From Myxococcota bacterium (GTDB lineage: Bacteria > Myxococcota_A > UBA796 > SXON01): 64,000 nt of DNA. The notes beneath the pieces are model-generated. The model was given only the letters and a program-made list of their open reading frames with translations, was not told where the DNA came from and ran no database searches. The stretch is from assembly GCA_040386535.1 (NCBI GenBank), contig JAZKFH010000015.1, forward strand, positions 284,800 to 348,799, written 5' to 3'. A program made the translations under genes and the position numbers. Shown here piece after piece: positions 58,449-64,000 of the stretch. Every line of letters starts with the position of its first letter. Position 1 is the first letter of the stretch.

Positions 58449-59054
58449 CTACGGTGCGACGCCCCACTTCGTCTTCAACAGCTCGAGCGGGAACGCCATC
58501 ACCGCGTCCTGGCTCACCAGCCAGCCCGGCACGGTGCCGCCCGCGTCGGACTGGGCGGAGTAGGTCACCGTGCCCGCGGCCTTGTCGTAGAGCCAGCTCC
58601 CCGTGTTGAAGGGGGTGTACACGGCGTCGGGGTGGGCGTTGAGCGTGGAGGCGTACGGCCCGACGAACGGCGCGCCGCCGCTCCCGCCGGAGTGCGAGAC
58701 GAGATCCCACTCGATGCGGGCGCGGGCCTCTGTCTGCTCGGTCACCTTCAGGGCGATGACGTAGTGGCGCGACCCGACGAGCGCGTTGCCGCCGGTGCGC
58801 TGGTAGACGACGGTGTAGCCGTCCGACCGCTTCTCCACCGTGCGGCACTCGAGCAGCGCCTTGACGCCCATGTAGGAGGCCGTCATCGGGTAGTGCTCAC
58901 TGTCGAGGATCGCGGCGACGAAGTCCGCGGTGCTGATGGGCGCGCCCTTGGTGCTCACCACGGTCGACATGCGCTTGGCGGTGCCGGCGCGGGACACGAG
59001 GGTCATCGGGGCGGAGGCGTGCACGGCGGCGACGAGGGAGAGCAGAGCGATCAT
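58449..59054 (-). CDS. Secreted START/SRPBCC-like protein
   Basis: Signal peptide; VVYQR..SRHYV..GSW..SDAGGTVPGWLV. Confidence 0.7.
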   Translation of the reverse strand: MIALLSLVAAVHASAPMTLVSRAGTAKRMSTVVSTKGAPISTADFVAAILDSEHYPMTASYMGVKALLECRTVEKRSDGYTVVYQRTGGNALVGSRHYVIALKVTEQTEARARIEWDLVSHSGGSGGAPFVGPYASTLNAHPDAVYTPFNTGSWLYDKAAGTVTYSAQSDAGGTVPGWLVSQDAVMAFPLELLKTKWGVAP

Positions 59055-59099
59055 GGCGGACTTCTACCCGAGGCGGCGGGCTCCGGGTAGGTTCAGGGA

Positions 59100-59627
59100 A
59101 TGTTGACTCCGATTCATATTGTCCGCGGAGACCTCACCACGTTCAAGGCCGACGCGGTGGTCAACGCCGCCAACACGGCGCTGGCGGGGGGTAGCGGGCT
59201 CGACGGGGCGCTGCATCGAGCGGCGGGCCCGGAGCTCTCGGACGCGTGCCGAGAGATCCCCAAGGTCCTCGGCGTGCGCTGCCCCGCCGGAGGGGCGCGC
59301 CTGACGCCCGGCTTCCGCCTCCCCGCGCGCTTCGTGCTCCACGCGGTCGGCCCGGCGTACGCGACCGACAGGGACCCCGCCGTGACCCTCGCCGCCGCCT
59401 ACCGCGCCGCTCTGCGGCTCTGCGAGTCCCACGGGCTGCGCACCGTGGGCCTGCCCGCCCTCTCCTGCGGGGTTTACGGCTACCCCGCGGAGGAGGCCGC
59501 CCCCATCGCGGTGAGCGTGTGCCGCGAGCGCCGCTGGGATCTCGACGCCATCACGTTCGTGTTGTTCTCCGACGAGCTGGTGGCGCATTGGCAGCGCGCG
59601 TTGCGGGAGCGCGAGCGCGCGTCGTAG
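59100..59627 (+). CDS. Macro-domain protein (YmdB-like O-acetyl-ADP-ribose deacetylase)
   Basis: GDLT..DAVVNAAN..GGSGLDGALHRAAGP, HAVGP, PALSCGVYGYP. Confidence 0.93.
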   Translation: MLTPIHIVRGDLTTFKADAVVNAANTALAGGSGLDGALHRAAGPELSDACREIPKVLGVRCPAGGARLTPGFRLPARFVLHAVGPAYATDRDPAVTLAAAYRAALRLCESHGLRTVGLPALSCGVYGYPAEEAAPIAVSVCRERRWDLDAITFVLFSDELVAHWQRALRERERAS

Positions 59628-59646
59628 TGATACATGTATCGCTGTA

Positions 59647-62600
59647 TCAGCACGGCTCGCCCTGATACATCAGCCCCGCCGACGGGGTGGCGAACGTGGT
59701 GAGCGGCGGCGGGCCGCCGAGGTTGTGGCCGAAGCGGACGAGGCCGGTCTCCTGGTGCCAGGGCCCCGCCTTGAGCCAGCCGCCCTGGAGCGCGACACCC
59801 CACTTGCCCGTCACGTTCCACTCCACGCTCAAGCGGCCGTTGTGGGTGAACGCGTTGCCCGGGGCGAAGTACAACGAGGTGCCCCCGCCCGCGTACTGCA
59901 TGCCCGCGCCCACGCCGCCACACACGCCGAGCCGGTCGCCGAAGCCGTGCCACCGCACGTCGATGCGCCCGGTCGCCACCGCGAAGATGGGCGGGCTGTA
60001 GTAGGCGCCCTGCCCGGACTCGAAGCCGTCCACCTGCCGCTGGTGGGAGAACGCGACGCCCTCGCCGCCGATGCGGACGTTGCGTTCGGGGGTGCCGATG
60101 CGTTGCCCGAGCCACGCCACGACCTCCGCGCGTCCGACCGGGTCGAGGCCGATGCCCTCGGACTGGCCGAGGCGGCCGAGGAGCCCGAGATCGGTGCCCC
60201 AGGGTGCGCCGAGCCCCGCCCAGCCGCCGAACCACGTGTGGTGTACGCGCCCGAAAGGCTGGTTGGTGTAGAGGTCGGCGGCGCCGGCCCAGCTCGCGTA
60301 CGAGTCGAGGATCGGCGCGCGGCCGGTCTCCACGCCGAAGGCCAGGGGTGCGCCGAGCCGCCCACGGCCGCCCACGTGCCACACCGGGTAGGCGCCCTCC
60401 GCGAACCCGATCGGGCTGGCGCCGACCCGCGCCCACGCGGCCCACGGTAGCTCGGCGGGGGTCATCAACCCCAGGGACGGCGCGATGCCCCAGCTCGTGT
60501 CGACGCCGTTCTCGACGCGGAGGAGGACCGCCTCGACGTCGAGCTGGAGGGGGCCGATGGGCGGGGGGCCGAGGTGGAGCGGCACGTAGGTGGCCAGCTC
60601 CTGGCCCACGCCGGAGACTCCCGACCGCCGGAGCACGCCGAAGCCCGCGGTGGCCACGATGCCGCGGTCCGGCGGGGGCTTGGGGCCGATGGGGGATGGA
60701 TCACCGGCCGATGTATCAGCCGGAGTATCAGTAGCCGATGTATCAGTGGGCGATGTATCAGTGGGCGGTGTATCAGATGTATCAGTCGCCGATGTATCAG
60801 CAGGCGATGCATCACCGGCGCCGCCCTTCCCTTTCGGACCCGAAGACTGCGCCGCGCGGAGCCGTGCGAGCAGCTCGCCCAGCCGCGCATCGGGGGTGGC
60901 GGTCCAGGCACGATCGACCAACTGGAGCGCCGCGCGCGTGCGTCCGCGATCGAGGAGATCCTCCGCGAGCGCGACGATGGCGTCCACGTTGGCCGGGTCG
61001 AGGGCGCGGGCCCGTTGGAGCGCATGCCGCGCGCGCCGCGGGCGCCCGAGCTCGCGCTGGCCCTCCGCCAGGATGACCAGGCTCGGCGCGTCGGCGTTCG
61101 CGAGGGCGGCAGCGTCCCGCATGGCGTCTTCGGCACGAACGGGACGGTGTTTCATCCAGTTGGACAGGGCGAGCTCGACCGCGGCGGCAACGCGGACACG
61201 CTGGAGATCCGCGGCGAGCGCCGGCGTGCGGCCCGAGGCGATGGCGACGCGGAAGAGCGGGACGACACGCGCGCTGCACGCGCACGAACGGCCGGCCACC
61301 CGCGCCACGTCGAGCGCCCACTGGTTGTTCGGCTCGGTCTGGAGCGCGCGGGTCGCGGCCATCACCGCGTCCTTTGGACGGTGCAGGTCGAGCAGCAGCG
61401 CGGCCCACGCCGCCTGTACCATCGGCTGGTTGCCCACCTCCACGGCGAGCCGCTGGAGCGCCTTCTCCGCCTCCACGAGCCGCCCGGCGCGCCGCAACGC
61501 GTCCGCCTCGCCGACCAGGACGCGCGCCTCCAGCTCCTCGCGCAGCTGCTCGGTGTCCACCTCGGGGCGCCGGGCCGCGAGCGCTTCGAGCACTGCCAGC
61601 GCGGCGGGGCCCTGGCCCAGCGCTTCGAGCGCGCCGGCCTCGCCACGGGAGGCGACGGTGTCGATCGTCACGTCGTCGCCGTGGGTCACGAGCGCCTCGC
61701 GGAAGCGCACGAGGCCCTCCTCGGGCTTGCCCACCGCCACGAGCGTGCCGCCGAGGGCGATCGAGGTCCACACGTCCGCGTCCAACGCGTAGGCGGCCTC
61801 GTAGTGGCGCAGCGCCGCGGCGAGATCGCTCGCCTGGCGGGCCCGATCGCCGGCCTCACGCGCGAGGCGCGCACGGATGCGGTCGCGCTCGCGGGCCACC
61901 TCGGCGGGCACGGTCGGGGGCAGGGAGTCGAGCAGCTCGGCCGCCTCGGCGTTGCGCTTCAGGGCGAGGAGCGCCTGCACGACGCCGAACTGGTTCCACG
62001 GGTCGTCCGGCGCGAGCGCCACCGCCGACCGCTGGATCGCCAGCGCCTCCGTCAGCCGCCCGGTTGCCAGGTACACGTCGGCGAGCCCGTGCAGGAACCG
62101 CGCGTCCTTCGGCCAGCGGGCCACCAGGATCTTCCACTGGGCCTCGGCTACCGCCGGATCGGTCTCGGCGCGCGCCGACTGTGCCTGCCGCTCCTGGAGG
62201 AGCGACTCCCGCAGCGCCTCGGCTTGCGGCGCGTCGGGGGGGAGCTCCGCGAGCCAGGCGTCGGCCTCGTCGGGGCGGCCCAGGGCGAGCGCGAGCTGGG
62301 CGGCGCATACCCGCGCGTCGTTGTCGTTCGGATCGAGCCTCGCCGCGTGGCTGTAGAGCGCCAGCGCCGCGTCGCGCCGGCCGTCCTGCCAGAGGACCCC
62401 GGCCACGGCGTGGAGCACGGCGGGCATGTTCGGGCGCACGGCAAGGGCCACGAGCGCCGTGGTGCGCGCGGTGGCGGGCGAGCCCGCCGACTTCTGGGTG
62501 TCGGCCGAAGCGAGGAGGAGGCCCGCGAGCGCGTCGAGCTGCTCGGCCCGCGAGGCTTCGTCGGGCGCGTACGCGATGGCGCTCGCGGCGGAGTCTAGGG

Positions 62601-63810
62601 CGCGCGTGTCGGCCGCGCGGACGGCGGCGCCGAGCAACATGCCGCGGGCGGCCGCGTCGTCGGGGTGCAGCGACACGGCGCGGGCCAGCGGTGCCACGGC
62701 CTCCGCGTCACGACCGGCGGAGAGGAGGAGCCGGCCGTAGGTGGCGGCGGTGCCGGTCTCGTCGGGGGCGCCGGCGAACGCGGCGGCCCCCGCGGGGAGG
62801 TCGTCGTCGGGAGAGGGGGTGGCGATGGCACGCACGAACACGAGGGTGAGCTCGAGCTTCGCGCGGTCCACGGCGGCAATCGGCCCCGCGGCCATGGTGG
62901 CGGCGGCCTCGTCGGCGCGGCCGGTCGAGAGGAGCGCCCGGGCGAGGCGCGCGCGGTGCTCCGGCGTCGCCTCCCGTTCGAGGGCGTCGGTGTACGCGCT
63001 CGCGGCACCCACCCCGTCCCCCCGCGCGAACCGCAGGTCTCCGAGGAGGGCGGCGACGGCCGCGGCCGTGCCCCCCTCGGTGCCCAGATGGGCGAGCAGG
63101 ACCCGCTCCGCGGCGTTGGGAAAGCCGGCCTCGAGCAGCGTCCGGGCCGTGGCGACGGGGCTGTTCGTCGTCACCGCGATGGTGAACGAGCCGCCGAGGG
63201 TCTCGTCCCGGCCAGCCCCCGCGGCGCTGGCGCGCTGGCGCTCCCGCTCCGCCTGCTCCGGGTCCCCGAGCGCGAGGGCCGCGAGGGCCACACGCGCGGC
63301 GCCGACCGCGACGGGCGCGCGCAACCACGCGCTCCGCGCCCCGGCGGCGTCACCCGCCTCGAACAACACGTCGCCCAGCGCCACGTCCGCGAGCCCTTCG
63401 CCCTCCGCTGCGAGCGTTCGCAGATCCGCCAGGGCGCGCGCGCGCAGCTTCGCCGAGGTGTCGCGGTCGACGGCGCGGAGCTGGGCCATCCGCACCCGCG
63501 CCGCTTCCCGGGCGGGCCCCGCCGGGCCGCGGGCGAGCTCCGTGTAGATCCCCACCCACCCCGGTCGCGGCGGCGTCCGGCGCACCATCTCGCCGAGCAC
63601 TTCCCGCGCGATCGGGGCCTCCGCCGGGCTGTACAGCAGCCAACGCAGGGCCTCCGCGCCCTCCTCCACACGCCCGTCGGTGGCGACGAGCGCCTCCGCG
63701 AAGGCGAGGCGGGCCTCAGGGCTCTGCGGATCGCTCCACAACGCGTCTTCGGCCTCGGCGAGCGTACCCGCGGTCGCGGGAGCGAGAAGGGCCAGCAGCA
63801 GCGGGATCAC
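59647..63810 (-). CDS. Large TPR protein with C-terminal beta-barrel, BcsC-like polysaccharide export protein
   Basis: Signal peptide from GTG 63810; many TPRs; barrel motifs GASPIGF, RAPILDSYASWAG, GQGAYYSP. Confidence 0.8.
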   Translation of the reverse strand: MIPLLLALLAPATAGTLAEAEDALWSDPQSPEARLAFAEALVATDGRVEEGAEALRWLLYSPAEAPIAREVLGEMVRRTPPRPGWVGIYTELARGPAGPAREAARVRMAQLRAVDRDTSAKLRARALADLRTLAAEGEGLADVALGDVLFEAGDAAGARSAWLRAPVAVGAARVALAALALGDPEQAERERQRASAAGAGRDETLGGSFTIAVTTNSPVATARTLLEAGFPNAAERVLLAHLGTEGGTAAAVAALLGDLRFARGDGVGAASAYTDALEREATPEHRARLARALLSTGRADEAAATMAAGPIAAVDRAKLELTLVFVRAIATPSPDDDLPAGAAAFAGAPDETGTAATYGRLLLSAGRDAEAVAPLARAVSLHPDDAAARGMLLGAAVRAADTRALDSAASAIAYAPDEASRAEQLDALAGLLLASADTQKSAGSPATARTTALVALAVRPNMPAVLHAVAGVLWQDGRRDAALALYSHAARLDPNDNDARVCAAQLALALGRPDEADAWLAELPPDAPQAEALRESLLQERQAQSARAETDPAVAEAQWKILVARWPKDARFLHGLADVYLATGRLTEALAIQRSAVALAPDDPWNQFGVVQALLALKRNAEAAELLDSLPPTVPAEVARERDRIRARLAREAGDRARQASDLAAALRHYEAAYALDADVWTSIALGGTLVAVGKPEEGLVRFREALVTHGDDVTIDTVASRGEAGALEALGQGPAALAVLEALAARRPEVDTEQLREELEARVLVGEADALRRAGRLVEAEKALQRLAVEVGNQPMVQAAWAALLLDLHRPKDAVMAATRALQTEPNNQWALDVARVAGRSCACSARVVPLFRVAIASGRTPALAADLQRVRVAAAVELALSNWMKHRPVRAEDAMRDAAALANADAPSLVILAEGQRELGRPRRARHALQRARALDPANVDAIVALAEDLLDRGRTRAALQLVDRAWTATPDARLGELLARLRAAQSSGPKGKGGAGDASPADTSATDTSDTPPTDTSPTDTSATDTPADTSAGDPSPIGPKPPPDRGIVATAGFGVLRRSGVSGVGQELATYVPLHLGPPPIGPLQLDVEAVLLRVENGVDTSWGIAPSLGLMTPAELPWAAWARVGASPIGFAEGAYPVWHVGGRGRLGAPLAFGVETGRAPILDSYASWAGAADLYTNQPFGRVHHTWFGGWAGLGAPWGTDLGLLGRLGQSEGIGLDPVGRAEVVAWLGQRIGTPERNVRIGGEGVAFSHQRQVDGFESGQGAYYSPPIFAVATGRIDVRWHGFGDRLGVCGGVGAGMQYAGGGTSLYFAPGNAFTHNGRLSVEWNVTGKWGVALQGGWLKAGPWHQETGLVRFGHNLGGPPPLTTFATPSAGLMYQGEPC
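60710..60800. repeat. Seven GTATCAG-core repeats in the TPR-barrel linker
   Basis: GATGTATCAG at 60710, 60737, 60752, 60776 and 60791, plus variants at 60723 and 60767. Confidence 0.85.
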
Positions 63811-64000
63811 AGCGCCTCCGGCCGCGCGAGGCCGCTCCACAACGCGAGCCCGAACCACACCCAGTTGTGGGCGTAGTAGTCCCGCGCCACGGCCGGATCC
63901 TGCGCGGCGCGGATCTCGGCCCGGAACAATTCTTCGACGTCCGCGGGGCGCACCTCCGCCCACGCGGGCAGGAGCGCGCCGTACAGGCCGAGGTAGCCCC
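63807..64000 (-). CDS. C-terminus of a glycoside hydrolase family 8 (BcsZ-like) protein, truncated by the window edge
   Basis: Own translation GYLGLYGALLPAW..RDYYAHNWVWFGLALWSG; stop overlaps the GTG of the BcsC-like gene. Confidence 0.65.
   Translation of the reverse strand, partial: GYLGLYGALLPAWAEVRPADVEELFRAEIRAAQDPAVARDYYAHNWVWFGLALWSGLARPEAL

Overview
Very GC-rich, gene-dense bacterial DNA. Ser/Thr kinases, FHA proteins and many Asp-Thr-repeat lipoproteins suggest a Myxococcota-like organism (inference). About 50 real CDS are supportable; most long ORF-track entries are shadow ORFs. No rRNA, tRNA, CRISPR array, transposase or integrase was recognised. Main blocks: (i) envelope glycan-modification genes (GT-C glycosyltransferase, three SGNH proteins, three sulfatase-fold proteins with Thr at the nucleophile position, two sulfotransferases, DUF5989, ASPIC/UnbV protein, and the end of a GH8 + BcsC-like operon); (ii) an EamA-HflK fusion followed by hflC- and hflK-like genes; (iii) a lipoxygenase between two FHA-wHTH regulators and kinase/pseudokinase genes; (iv) a decayed AbiEii-type toxin-antitoxin pair; (v) the most unusual locus, a coupled operon of a rubrerythrin-fold protein with its di-iron ligands replaced, a GyrB ATPase/transducer fused to a SAM methyltransferase in place of TOPRIM, and a sulfatase-fold lipoprotein; (vi) a three-unit palindromic intergenic repeat. 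Family calls come from motif recognition by eye; no searches were run.
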